Assembly (NCBI GenBank): GCA_000934665.2
Contig: JYFJ02003243.1
Location: 1-44,742, forward strand
Direction of reading: 5' to 3'
DNA: 44,742 nucleotides
Source of the DNA: Catajapyx aquilonaris
Lineage: Eukaryota
The position numbers were made by a program, and so were the translations under genes. The notes below the pieces were generated by a model that worked only from the letters and a program-made list of their open reading frames with translations, had not been told where the DNA came from and ran no database searches. Positions 10,993 to 25,282 of this stretch are shown piece by piece. How positions within the stretch are numbered: position 1 is the first letter of the stretch; the number at the start of each line of letters is the position of its first letter.

Positions 10993-13175
10993 TTTGCGTG
11001 TAACCAAACATATGGACAAAAACGAACGAACAACCCGATGGGTATGGAATTTGAGGTGAAATTATTATTATTTTTTGAAAGTTTAAATAATGAGTATGCG
11101 GAGGGGGGAGGGGGAGGGGGCAGATTGAAATTATTGAGAAATTGTTTGTCTTTACCCAACGGGTTATGAAATATTGAAATTTCGTGTACTTCAAAGCGAG
11201 GCAGATGACACAACTGCCGCAGAGGAGAGACATGAAGACAGGTCTACCTCTAGTGTCACCACAGCTGGCTCTGCACAACAAACCTAGTGCATTGTTCCAA
11301 AAAAAAAAATTAATAATTTTTATAATAAATTTATTTGATCTATCAAAAAAAAAACACAATAATTACATTCACCAAGATATTAATTACGCAAATCTCCATG
11401 CGGGATTTCATGTTCGTGTGTACAGGTATATACTTGTACTAATGTGGCTAAAGACTCATGTCGTAATAAAAAACTGGTATAAATTATTATATAGTAATGA
11501 AAATTAGTATGTACAATTAATATGCAGGAACGAACACACGGGGGTATTGGAATGAGTACAAAACTTTGGTTTAAAATGGGCATGAAATTGTTGACAAACA
11601 GCAAAAAAAAAAAAATCGGTATGAAATGGGGAGAAACGAACAAACTTTTGACTTTGCCAAATTTAAGTTAAATAATATCAAACTGGTTTTATAAAATGGG
11701 TATTAAGTGGGGGGGGGGGGGGAAACTGCCCATTTACCCTATGGACATGAAACTAACTAACTAACTTCGCGTTTTATACTGTAATAAAAATGTAGATATT
11801 TGCCCAAACCATTCCAAAAACTGCGCAAAACTTATTTCACGGTTCAAAGATAAGGACGGGAGCAAACGTTGCAGATTTGTTGACTCCAGCAACCAGAAGC
11901 AACTAGCTTCCAAATGGGTTGCTGGCGCGAACAATCTGCAGTTGAAGAGCCCTACTTGAGCTTGTAGAGTCAGCAACATCCTGTGTAGATTATTACTGCT
12001 GCACATTGCGTCTCTGTTCTTGCCATTTTTATGATAGCCTGTCGCAATAATTATTACAAGTACGGAGCTCGCACTGAAATGATTTTTTTTGTTGTTGTTG
12101 TTATTGCGACCATTAAAACAAGAGTTACTGCTGATTATTTCCTTTCTTAATTACCCAGAGTGTGACAAATATTATTGGGTCCGCGGCGAAGGGAAATCGG
12201 GGTGACTCATTTACGCTCTTGTTGACAGCTTCGAGGAATACTTTTTATGACTCACTCTGTACTCTGGCTGCGAGCCCGGAATTGCTTTTGTATGTGGATA
12301 TGCATCGTATGTAAAAATCGGGTACAGCCTCCATTTGTCCTTGCGTCATTTCAGTGCCGCGTATATATTGACAGGTGCTGATTGCGACAGGCGCCAGACA
12401 TATTTGCGAAACATGAACACTTTGAAGTGTAATGAAAAAATCCAGAAAAGTACACTCACTTTCTCCATATGATATCCACAGTTAAGTGATCCGGATTCCA
12501 CAGCCACACTTTTCTACATGTGATTTTCGCTTTTCGATCTTACCTCTTACGCAACAAACTCTGATCGTGTTTGCGCAAAAATTTCGCTTACGTCGCTTTT
12601 AATTATTTTTTTTTGACAAACAGGTGTCTATTAAAGCGGAGAGTACACCGCGGGCCATATAATTAAATCTGGCGGCGCAATTGTCCAGCCTACACAATAA
12701 TTTCTATAGAAAGTAGCTGTTGTAACCTTGCAAATTGTCACAGGGTGAGTCACCAACACGTGTGGGGATCAAGGACAAACTCACCATGATGTGAAACGGA
12801 ATCTGATGGTGGTCCATTTTAGCACCATGTATGAAGCACTACAGACACTTCTTGGCTACGTATGAGCCTCTCGTTATCACCAAACTGAGTGTGTGCAGTG
12901 TGCAACACGAGGCTCCACCCCATGCCTTTCGTCCCCTCCCAACAGGCCCTACTATCTGGCTGCTTAACACCTGACAAGTGGCAGAAGCAACTGCAAGTTC
13001 AAACCACCTGCCTTTTGCTCCTTTTTTTTTTTTTTTTTTTTTTTACTCGATCCAGCCGGCACAAATCGTGCTTGGGAAATGAAATGACTCAAAGGCATTC
13101 ACTCAGCTTTTCAAAGAATGTTTCGAGCAGTATTTACACTCTTTGAAACTGGACCCAACAGTGGATAAGTGGACT

Positions 13176-14622
13176 GGATCTAGACCTGGTCCAGCTGCGT
13201 AGTAAATGAGCTGCTGACAGATGGAGCAGATGATGAGGTTACGCAGCTTTTATGAGAGTGTCATTATCAGACACCCTGTAGTTGCCTTATCACACGGATG
13301 TGATATCAGTTGAGGTTGAGATATGGTTACATAAAGTAGGGTGTGTTTGAGGAGGGTCCCTTTTGTCAGTTCTTACAGCACTTTTCTGTTGCTCTGCGCA
13401 AAGCTCCATTTTTTTAACGAGTAATTGCTCATCTATCAAGTGAACTGAGAGTGCAAAACACATGTGCCGCAGTACATATTTTGTTTAGATTTGAAATGAT
13501 TAAGTGGCTAATTTTTTTTTTTTAATTTCCACGTTGGGCTGCTTTAACAAGTGTGTTACAGCAAGTGTCACTTTCCTTTTTAAATGACGTATTACCGGTA
13601 CCTGAATCATTAATTACCACTACATCTATACGTTTTATGGCTCACATCCCACATTCCCCAGCTGTTGTTGGATTTATCTAGCCCACTTGGAATAAGCAGG
13701 AGTTATTCTTGAAAAAATACGTATGTGCTTCCAGAACAAATCGTACTGGGCTACTTTGTGAAAATGACGATTAGTTTCTTGATGTCTCTTTGATTGGCCA
13801 GAAACAATTAAAAAATGATTGCAAGTATTGTCACATGGGGGGATAGGAATAAAAATTATCACAAGACCCTTCACATCTTATATCAGTTGTGTCAAATAAG
13901 GAACATGCACATAAATACACAGAAAATACTGCCTATTAGGTTAGCCACAATTTTATTGGCTTTCGGTACAAAAAAATGCAAAATTATGGGAAGGCAACTC
14001 TCGTACAAAAGGCTTCAAAACCAGCTTCAACGCGTTTTAAAAAGGCACAGTGTATACTTGGTATACTCTGTGCCTTTTTAAAACGCTTTGAAGGCCTGGT
14101 ATACTATATACCAGGCAGTGACAATCGAACAGCCGAAAGTATAAAAGTAGCGAGTTGCGATGTGAAAAGCACCATACGATGTATATACATTTTGCTCCAC
14201 TATCTAACACTATTACAATACTTTAAAATGTGGCTCATGCAGAATATAGGAAACTCAACAGTGAAGCTTTAATACTGTATTCTTTTCTTCTTCGAGCATG
14301 AACTCTATATTAGCTCTTCATTAACAGAAATTAAACGACTCATTAGCTTCAATTGCACACATCTTAGTAAACCTTGCTGTAGGAGCGGCGGCATCCTTTG
14401 CCACTCACGGATTCATCGTCAGTGTCATCATCCGACTCGCCATCAGCTGCATCTGAATTATCCTCCGTGGGCAAGTCGATATCTTCTTCTGACTCACCAT
14501 CTGCTTCTGTCGGTTCTTCCTCGTCGTCACTGCCACGTCCTGAAGATCCATCCTCCTCCTGTGCAGGATGGCAGAGAAAGAATGATAAAAAAAACTGTGC
14601 TTTTCGCAACGTTCAACCATTC
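13176..14622 (-). repeat. Tandem segmental duplicate of the FANCD2 3' end (copy A of 15496-16698), including an intact copy of the last exon
   Basis: Collinear similarity 13176-14622 vs 15496-16698 with copy-specific indels. Exon 14558-14364 matches exon 16636-16442 except for one substitution that I could see. Confidence 0.9.
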
Positions 14623-16441
14623 GTATAATGACTACACAAATGACCTCCTGTCCTCCACACTATACCTGCTATAATACTTGCTATAATACCAAGGCTGGAA
14701 ATGGAAAGAAGACGCAATCTATTCGATTTGGGAAAGGATTACAGTGAATATCGTAATTAGGCCGAAACAGAAAAAAAATTTATATTCTCTCCAGCTTTAG
14801 GACGGCAAGAGAAAATATAAGGCCAGCTTGGAAGACTGAGTAAAGTCGGACATAATAATTATTATATACATAGAGTTTAGAATAACGTGTAGCCCATATA
14901 CTATCGGGCCTTATTTTTACTAAATAATTTTAACTTCAAGCCCAATACAAGTACTATGTCTATACTGCAGTTCTTCCCAAAAGAAGGTAAAAGAGGCTTC
15001 AGAATAACCCGATGACCCTCAACCAGGAACCTCCCATCATTAAAAAATGTGCATAATAAATGTTTCAAATAGTCGGCATTAAAAACAGCAATATAAGTAC
15101 TGACAGTGAGAGAATTTTGGAGGTCTTGGCACCCATCTCATTTACTTCTATTATAATTTTGTCTCATTTAACGCCTTTTCACTGTATACGCCTCATTTTT
15201 CTGGAACCGCAATATTATACCGGCCTAAAACGGGTTCTACTGCGGGCTATCCTGCGTAGTTACTATAATAATTATCATTCTCCCTCTTCAAGTTCAGTCT
15301 CCGCAAAACCTTGACGGAAGAAATGTTTAGCCTTCATCCAGCAATATATTTGCACCACCTTATGCATTACAAGCGCACACAGTGTCTCGTTGTGTATTAT
15401 AATATTAATATGAATGATATTTCTAATAGTTACACGCCAATATATAATAAATATATATCATAGTTATCTGTGAATGTCACCAAGAGCTCTTGGCCGGATC
15501 TAGACCTGGTCCAGCTGCGTAATAAATGAGCTGACAGATGGAGATGAGGTTACGCATTCCAAAACAAGGCGCATATGAAATAAAATTGTACCGCATTTTG
15601 TGAAAATGACGATTAGTTTCATGGTGTCTCTTGGATTGGCCAGAAACAATAAAAAAATGATTGCAATTATTATCACATCGGGGGATAGGAATAAAAATTA
15701 GCACAAGACCCTTCACATTGCAGTTATCAGTTGTGTCACATAAGGAACATGCACATAAATGCACCAAAAATAATGCCTTTTAGGTTAGCCACAATTTTAT
15801 TGGCTTTCGGTACAAAAAAAATGCAAAATTATGGGAAGGCAACTCTCGTACAAAATGCCTGCCCAACACGCAGTACAACGAACACTTCGCAACCAGCTTC
15901 AAAGCGTTTTAAAAAGGCACAGAGTGTGCAAGGCTGTGGCGATCGAAATGGTGCCAACAGCCGAAAGTAAACAGTAGCGAGTTGCGATGTGAAAAGCACC
16001 ATATGATGTACATTTTGCTCCACTATCTAACACTATTGCAATACTTTAAAATGTGGCGCGGAATGTAGGCAACTTAACAGCGAAGCTTTAATACTGCAAT
16101 AATTCTTTGCTTCTTCGAGCATGAACTCTTAGCTCTTCATGTTATCAAATGGAAACACGCCGCTAGAATTTGCACCACATTAAGTATCTTACCCTGTCTT
16201 ACATAAAAGAATACTCTCTTCCCAGGTGAAATGTGGGCGTGCAAAATGTAATCACATGTAACAGCACAACAGTATATTAAAAATAATAAAGCCAGAAACA
16301 CCCATCTTACTGTAACCCCAAGAAATGCCCATGTACACAAAATATACAAACGTCAGTTTATTGATGACATGACATAACTTGGCTATGTAAACTATAAATT
16401 AACAGAAATTAAACGATTCATTAGCTTCAATTGCACACATC

Positions 16442-19400
16442 TTAGTAAACCTTGCTGTAGGAGCGGCGGCATCCTTTGCCACTCACGGATTCATCGTCAG
16501 TGTCATCATCCGACTCGCCATCAGCTGCATCTGAATTATCCTCCGTGGGCAAGTCGATATCTTCTTCTGACTCACCATCTGCTTCTGTCGGTTCTTCCTC
16601 GTCTTCACTGCCACGTCCTGAAGATCCATCCTCCTCCTGTGCAGGATGGCAGAGAAAGAATGATAAAAAACTGTGCTATTCGCAACGTTCAACCATTCAT
16701 AGTTATGTTCTCAGGGACAACATTTCTACCCATACAACCAGAGTGATTGTTACCTCCTCCTGCTGTTGTTCTTCGTTGTCTCTTTCCGCTTCTGTCTCTT
16801 CCTCCTCCTCCTCCTCCTCCTCCTGACGTCGTCTCTTGGACTTCCCTTTAAGATTGAGGTTTCCCATGTACAGGGCTTCGCCCCAGCCGTTGTCCCTGTA
16901 CATCCTTTTCACAGCTTGTACCAGCTCCTCCAGTACTTTCCTCAGAGACGGGACCACGTTCAGCACCCTTCCACCTCCCAGCTCCCCCTCCTGAAATGGA
17001 AGCACCAATAATAACAACAACAACAATCAGACATTCTTGGGTCATAAGGTACTGAAGAGGCATATTGTTAATCTCGCCAGATCTCGCATGAAAAATCGCT
17101 TGCCTTCCATCTGAAGATGGCCTTCTGCAGAAAGCGAGTCGAAGTCTGCACTTCTCGGAGGTGGTTCTCGACTGTGTCCTTCCGTGATTTAAGTATTCCC
17201 TTCAGGAAGGGGATTGCGTACTCCTTGTACTTCTGCACGAAAGCATTGCTCAGCTGCAGGAATAAAATAGTGATTGATGAGCTCATTTCAAAAGTACCTT
17301 TTTGTCATGCCTAAAACACTAACAATTACTCCCTCCGTATTAATGCAAATAAACGTTAAACGCTAGTAGGAAATTGATGTGGTTTGCTTGTCCTCTTACG
17401 GTAAAAGTGGAATATGCAATAGTCTTGTTGAGCATGTCCTGTTCGTACACGCCGGTCACTTGGTTAAAAATCTTGGTGTATGTGACCCATCCGTCCATGC
17501 GATCATCCTCCGAGAGATCGTCACTGCCCGTTGCCAGTTTCTTCACAGCTCCGACTAGAGCACTAAAAATGGCCTTGTGGTAGACGCCAATTGACTGCCT
17601 GAAAGGCATTAAATATTTCATTCACACAGTTGTAGCACACAAATGATCATGTTATGGTGAATCATTAACTTCTGTTCCCAAGAATCCAGATTTACGCAAT
17701 AGAGTTCAAGACGTACTTGGAAAGAGTCGGGTATTCTTCTGAGGCATACTCTCTCTTTCCTCGCACGGCTGCAACCTCAGCTACCGGACCCTGCAAAAGC
17801 TTGGCCAGGACTACCGGAAGTTCAGAGCAATGGGTCAGGTAGACTCCGAGGAAGAAATCCACTCCGCGGTTGAACGCTGTGCCTTGAAGAACGTTCCCAG
17901 CGTCGTCCAGCCAGCGATGCTTCAGGTACTTGTTCGCACACTCGCCTAAACCAACAAGTTAGAGTTAGCCAACTTCTTACGGTTTCAACCTAGCAGTAAT
18001 TACACGTATCAAGTCATTACTTGCCTAAATCACTGTGCAACTGATCTGAAGGGCGTAACTTGGCAACTGTTTCCAGCAGCTTAAGATGTGCAACAGCAGT
18101 GTCCAGTCGCAACACGCACTCCTGGAACCCGGCCAAGTACTGGAAAGCTTCCGGCACCAGCCCGCTAACAGTAACGAGCTGAGAGCCACTCTGGTTGATC
18201 CGAAGGGCCATCTTGCTCAGGGCGGCTGCCACGAAAAATAACAAAAGTGAATTAATCCCAACATTCCAGGAGCAAACCCAGTGTTTGTAGGGGTAATTTT
18301 ACGATAAAATCCGAGGGAACTTACTCCTGAGAAGCCTGGTGTTGCTCTTGCTGTGCAGGTCATGCCATCCGAGCACTGAATTGATGGTCTGGAAGAGAAG
18401 TGAGAAGCAGGAGCCCATCCTCGCAGCCTCTTCCGTGAGCATTGCAAATGCGTCCAGCATGCCATCATTCGACTCAATCAAGTTCTGCCGAAGGAAGCGA
18501 AAACACAAATGAAGTCACCAGAAACATGCGGAAATGTAACGGACATTTAGTTAGTAGGATATCTGGCTTTTGAAGAATTCGGCAAAGAATACTGTTACAA
18601 CAGTTTGTGTTTCACCTGGAAGTACTTGAAGACCTTTTCCAGGTGGGTGCAGAGTGACGGAAGGAGATTGATGCATTGCCTGGCTACTTCCTCTTCGGTG
18701 TAATTGCTGGTCAGGTGAGTGAAGCCAATGCTCCTTCCAGTCGATCCAGACCGGCCTCGAACGGGAGCGGCCTTCTTGCCATCATGTGCGACCAGGCAGT
18801 GGTCCAACTTACGCTTCAGGTCTTCCAGGAGGAATAACAGTACCTCCGGAACCAGCAAGTCATCCTGAAGAACAAGGATCAAACAGCCTTTCTTCAAAAA
18901 AAAAATCACTCCAGGATGAACCTCACCTCCGATAGCGATTCGGGACAAAGCATCTCGTTCAGGAGGTCAAACACAACCAGATCCATCTCTCGCAGAAATG
19001 GAACAAGCGCGGCAGCTCCAATCTCACCCACACGTTGCTTACTCTGCCCGTGGACGGAAGCAACCTCGTCCTGTGTGGTTGGTTGCTGACTCCTGCCGCT
19101 TGTTGGAGACACTCCGGAAGTAGGGCTCGGCTGGGTTATGACTCGCTGAGTGGTGGACTTCCCCTTCCCTTTCCCTTTACCGCTGCAAAAATTGAAAGTA
19201 GTCCATATGCACATTCCCATAGCGTACGCTACTCACCCTTTCCCTGATGACTTCTTCTTCCTCCCACCTTTTACGGACTTTTGCAGTGCCGCACAGCCGC
19301 CTTCGTGCTCGGATCTGTCCCAGTAAAACTGCATTTGAGGCAGAACCTGAGGTCCAACGTATGGCAAGCACTTGGTCAGAAGGTCCTGCAATTCTACCAC

Positions 19401-22400
19401 TTGCCTCAGGCGTGTCATCACCTACAGTATGTCCAGATGTAAGACTCGGTGTACATTATTAAACCACGGGACTTCCTAACCTTTGACATATCCACATGCT
19501 TGGCAAAACAGTTGACCAGCTCCCTGTGCCAGTTGAGCGCCACCAACAGGCAGACGACGACCCTTCTCTGCTTATCCTCGGCCAACTCCCTGAAGCCCTC
19601 TGCTGTCACCACTTCCTTATCCGGCATCACCAGAGGATAAGACATCAAACCCTCAACCGCGTCCAACTTGCTACGCTGCTTCATCTCCTTTGCGCGAACC
19701 AGGCGCAGGGTGGAGCACATTATGTAAGGGTTCTGCATCCTGTTGAGAAAGATTGTTCGCATTTGCCTGACGTTCCCTCGGACAGATGCGAGAAAATGAA
19801 CTCACCCGCTCGCACATCCCTTCCGGTCCATTTGCTTGAAGATCAAGGGAGCGATATTGATGGCCCTTGCCTCGTAAGTACCGTAGTTCAGGTTGTGCCA
19901 AGGACCCACTGGGAGGTAGCCATCACTAGTGCAGAAGAAAGTGTACGAATAGTACATCACATAATGAACAGCTATAATGCAAAGCAGTTGTTGACTTTAG
20001 AACCGACACAAATACACGTACTCTGAAAGACGTTTCGCCTTTAGCTTGCACAAATAAGCATCTTCAAAGTCATCGGCTATAGTCTCGCAGATCCAGTTCT
20101 GAAATTGGATGATATTTTGACACATGGCTGGCTAAACTAAACCGAATTATCATGAGAGTAGGGAAAAAGCGGCTCACCACAAGAAGAGGATGGAGATCAT
20201 TCTGCTGGATCATGGTGGCCGATTCATCCAGGAACAAGCCCAGGGTCTCGGGGGACGAACCCGCATTTTTCTTTATGACTTCTGGAAATATCAATACACC
20301 TCAAGTCAGAATCAGTCACCATTTGCTAATGAGAAATAAGACAGGCATTCCCACATCTTGAACAATAATAATCGAACGTATCTGGCCGCAGCTAAATGTA
20401 AACGATTAATCATGTGTGCAAGAATACGAAGCTGCTCCAGACGTCCTACTCAAAACTTGCCGAGAAGACGAAAGGCTGTTTTCACTGGTCCTGTGTACAC
20501 GCTGGCCTGGTGATACGACCTTCCTTCCGCCTGCGGGGTTGCAGTAGCTGCCTCGTCGAACTCTTTCGTGTGAGTATCGGCTATGCTACGGGCTGCCAGC
20601 AGTGCACCCAAGACTCCCATCATGCTGAACCTGCAGTTGGAACAATAAATTAAAACGAACGTCGGACCAAGCATGAATGATCCGACTCACTTGCTCTTGT
20701 CGCTGCACATCTGCTTCTCGATGACCATGATGACCTCGTTTTGAAGGCCAGTGCGGGAGCTGTTCCCTGTGAAGGTGATGCGTGCCAGGATGTCCATGAG
20801 CATCCTGGCTTGCTCCAGGTCCAGGGTGTCCAAGTGGTAGAGGATGCCCATCACGTGCACGGCATGCTCCTGCACTCGCTCCACACGATTCTTGGCCACG
20901 TTTTGGAGGACTCGCAAGGCAACGTTGCGCTTCGCCTGCTCCTGCACCACCATGTTAATAAGATCCAGGACGGCCTCGCCACGTCTGTTCCCTGTCCATG
21001 AGCTTATGCACAGCCTGAAAAGAACTCGGGTTATTTTGTTCATCCGGTTAACTACACGTTTTGCTCATTACTTGTAAAGGTAGCAGGCAAAGTACGAGAT
21101 CATCCTCTCGTTGGAACGTATCAATCCTTGGGCCATCATCAGAATTGTCTCATAGCAGTTCTGCATCGTCTGCAAGAAACTCGCAGTTGAATCAGTTTCT
21201 ACTGATTTAATAGCCGAGACTTACCTCCTTGTGAAACTCAAAGGCAGACTTCAGCAGGCTGTAAGAGAAGAGTCCTGCCCTGACCTTTGACCTGAGCAGG
21301 CGGTCCACCAGGTCGTTCCACATGGAACATTCCTTCAGGACTATAAGCAGAATTATGTCACTGGTCCTGTGGTCCTCCGGAACCTTCACTGAGTCAATCA
21401 CCTGCAATCAACAATAATTGGATGGTGAACAATAATTGGTTTAAAGTACGGAAGATTTCTTATGCTACGTAATTGTACGTCTACGGAATTATAGTCGATG
21501 TTTACCTTCAACCATGCGTCCCCAATAAACTTCTTGTTGAGGAAGGCCTTTCGAATTACCTCAACCGCAATGGCTTCACCGCCTTCTCCTCCTCCGCTGC
21601 TTTCCTCAAACCCCTGAGAAAATGAGCAGCCGGCCTCTGGTGACTTGGCCTGCTGTGACCTGGCTGCAGCTAGAGCCTTGACCTTTTGTGTCGCCCTTTC
21701 TCCCAGGGCATGCGGCTCAAAGTCTAGATTGATCCTGAGGTCTCGGACCACACAAGCGACTTCAATGGGGTCGTCCGGCTTCAGGCTGCTTAGAGCAAAG
21801 TCCACGGCCATGTGCACCTCCTCTAGACGAAACGAGGGTAAGGTGGTGACCACCTTATGTCGGATGGTGTCGAGATCTTCTCGAGGAATGGTCAGATGGT
21901 TGAGGGTGTCTAGGATTGATCCTGTCAGAAGGAAGTTGTCACCCAACATTGAGCTAAGCTCCACGGCTATATGGCGATGGTGCTCGTCGGACATCACATC
22001 CGGAAGGCAAGATATCAGCTCTTGTTGCATCTGTCAATATAATTGGCTCCATTGTAATGTATGTCCGGATGGTTATCTAATTATTATGTAATACTAACCA
22101 TGACAGGTGTGTTCTGAACCAACTCGTAGACCTTTTCGGCAAGCGCCTTTCCCTCCACAATTGTGTTAAGACGCACTAGTTGCTTCAGAATCAGCTTCAC
22201 AGTGCGGATATCGCAGGACCTGAGAGAACAGAAGGTTGTCAGTTTCTGTGCTAAAGTGACAAACATTGTAACCGCTAAGTAAACAATATTCCCTTCGTCA
22301 ATATGCAAGAAATCACATACTCTTCATCGCATGCAATTTCTCCAAGCTTGTCCAGCACAATCTCGACTAGTCGAGGCTGCAGCTTTTCAATATTGAGGAG

Positions 22401-23053
22401 AAGTCGCAGCAGACTCTCCTGAGTAACACGAGATGCAGGGCCGCCGCTCAGGGTAGTCTGAAATCAAAGTTATGTCACATTACATTCATCTTTCAAATAT
22501 GAATGGACTCACCTTTGTTGGCTTCAGTGACTGCTTCAGATTGTCATCATCACTCAGAAATGTTTCAAGTTCCTGCATGAATGTGTCCATCTCCGAATCA
22601 CTTATCGATGAAAAATGCTTGTTCATGTTCTTCAGGAACAACGACTGGTCCAAAGCTGCAATTTTAAAAGCATTGCTAATAATTATCAAGATTCTTTAAA
22701 ATCTGGAATGAGCACCTACTCAGAAGATGATCCGTTTTAGTGGCACTCAGCCTGAGTCCAGCCAGTCTGAGTGTCCTCGTCAAAAAGGCATCCCTCGCTT
22801 CACGGCGTGAAGATGGCATCTGGAAATCATCATCCTGACTGGTAAACAGCGATCGCTTGTGCTGCTGGGTGGACCTCGGTCCATCCTCCGCAAGCGACAT
22901 ATCCATCCCCTGCCTCCTTGAAGAACTTGACTGCTTTTTGGCTGAAGCTCTACTCGCATCCGGCTCGTGCTCATCACTACGCCGCTTCTTTGCCGATTCC
23001 TGAGCCTTTCCGCCTCTGCTCGAGGCCGTACGACGCCTACTGTCGCCCACCAT
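16442..23053 (-). CDS. FANCD2: Fanconi anemia group D2 protein, multi-exon
   Basis: ELISCLPDVM, IMVIEKQM (monoubiquitination Lys equivalent to human K561 in LVIRKQL, codon 20716-20714), FLDESA, LNWHRELVNCF, FLREMDLVVF, QTSTRFLQ, ALYMGNL and an acidic C-tail. ATG 23053 is the likely start; terminal exon 16636-16442. Confidence 0.92.
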
Positions 23054-24266
23054 ATCTGCCAGCACTAATGGAAGCTTGATTGGTACGTAATATTCATGGA
23101 ACGGATTAGCTCCGTTACAAACAGGATCCACACTATGATCAATCCCAATAAAGCAAAAAACAGCAGCACTTGGAGCACTGTAACGTTTGGTTTTACAGAG
23201 AGGAAAAGGTACGGCATTTTACAGGCATCATTGAACGGAGTTCCAAAAATATTTAGTTTTAGAACACTTTTTTATTAGAACACAACGGTGTTCCATGAGG
23301 TTGATTGACACTCTGGGGTTCCGTAATGGTTGTTTGGCCGTTCCCATAGCTTTTTAACCAATGTGCTGCCTTGGTGATTGCTAAGCCTCAGATATACATC
23401 TTGCTACAACCTGCTTTTTGACAAACTAAATTCTTTAACAAAATGTGTTGCCTTATTACTGCTGCCATGTATGTTGTGGCTTGATTGTCCTACATTGTCT
23501 GCAACCAAACGTGAGCCATGTCTGGACGGGTAGTTACCTCAAACGAACCCAAGGAACTGGCAGGAAATCACTCCATTCCGATTCGGTCGAACATCAACCG
23601 GTACGAAGAATAGAACGAAAATAAAGATGGCCGCCGTCCTCCTCCCGCCGAAAAGGGTGATCAGATCTAAACTGAAAGACATCGTTGTTATTAATTTTTA
23701 TGATATAATATGTTCCTCATATTATATTTTGCAAAATTGGTTACGTAGCTTCACTTTGATGTATTATGTTGGCTACGGTTTGGTACGTATTATATTAAAA
23801 TGTGTGGGCTTGGCAACCCTTGTTTCGGGGGAGAAGCCATTCCGGAATCGTCTGTCAGTTGAAGAAGATGTGAAGGGCTTGGGTTCGATTCCTGGAACGT
23901 AGGATTGACCCCCTCCGGGTCAAAGGGCAGGTCAGGCCCTGGGTTGGGACCAGGGGCGAGCACCACCGGGTGAGAGAGAGAGAGAGGCAGAGGAAGGAAG
24001 GAAGGTGGGGTCGATCGGCCTCCATGGAGACGGAGGAGGAGGAGGAGCAGGACCGGACCCATTCGAAGGGGGAATCTCCGCGAGTCTGGCGGGACGATGA
24101 GACGGGCGGCCGGCGGGCGGGGTCAGAAGGTAAAGGGGAAGGAGGTCACTGTCAGCAAAGGGGAATAATTGTCATGGCAGCACACTTTCGCCATGGTAAC
24201 CGAACCTGGACAAAAACAATCGCTCTGTGACCAAACACTATCCGGATGACACAAGCAAGCAGACAA

Positions 24267-25066
24267 TGTCTGGACAAACAAACGAACAAACCCTTCCTGG
24301 ACAAACAAATGAACAAGCACTTCCTGGACAAACAAATGAACAAACTCTTCCTGGACAAACAAACGAACAAACCCTTCCTGGACAAACAAATGAACAAGCA
24401 CTTCCTGGACAAACACTTCTTGGGCAAACAAACAAACACTTCCTGGACAAACAAATGAACAAACTCTTCCTGGACAAACAAATGAACAAACTCTTCCTGG
24501 ACAGACAAACGAACAAACACTTCCTGGACAAACAAATGAACAAACACTTCCTGGACAACCAAATGAACAAACACTTCCTGGACAAACAAATGAACAAACT
24601 CTTCCTGGACAAACAAACAAGCAAGCAAACAAACAAACATGAACAAGCTCTTCTGGGCAAGCAAACAGTCTGGACAAACAAACAACAAACATGAACCAAC
24701 ACTGGACAAACCAACAAACAGTGTCTGGACAAACATCCAAACAAACAGTGTCGGGTCAAACAAATGAACAAACATGTCCTGGACAAACAAGCAAGCAAGC
24801 AAACAAACAAGGACAAACTCTTCCTGGGCAAGCAAATGTTCTGGACAAACAAACAAACCGACACTGGGCAAATAAACAAGCTTCCTGGACAAACAAGCAG
24901 TGTCTGGACAAACAAATGAGCAAACTTCCTGGACATTCTGGACAAACAAACAAGTTGAACAAACCACTTGACAAACAAACAAATGCGCTGCACAGATAAA
25001 CAATTTCTTGGACAAACGAAACAAACAAATGAACAAACAAACTCTTTCTGGACAAGCGAACAAACA
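24267..25066. repeat. 27-bp minisatellite (GGACAAACAAATGAACAAACWCTTCCT), degenerating towards the right
   Basis: Direct tandem units, visible as 9-aa periodicity in the overlapping ORFs (FLDKQMNKH, CSFVCPGSV). Confidence 0.95.
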
Positions 25067-25282
25067 TTGCCTTTTATAATTAGTAGAGATTATTTCCTAG
25101 GCGGAGTGTTGCTTTTCAGGCGGATACGATTGGAAGGGTTTATTATTAAGTTGGTTTTATTGGAGCTTGGTTACTGATTTGTACTGAGTGATTGAATTGA
25201 AGCAATTGCTGTCGTGGATTTGTTAATTTGTACGTGTTGGGCGTCTTTTTTCCCCCCCCCAGTGGAGTAAGGCGATGAGGAA

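Noticed and set aside
23860..23900. tRNA or SINE suggested by B-box GGTTCGATTCC (similar minus-strand motif near 27700)
   Set aside because: No convincing A-box, cloverleaf or tail could be built.
24123..25067. Long overlapping ORFs (up to 303 aa) on both strands
   Set aside because: They arise from a stop-poor 27-bp minisatellite and are open in several frames at once, so they are not credible proteins.
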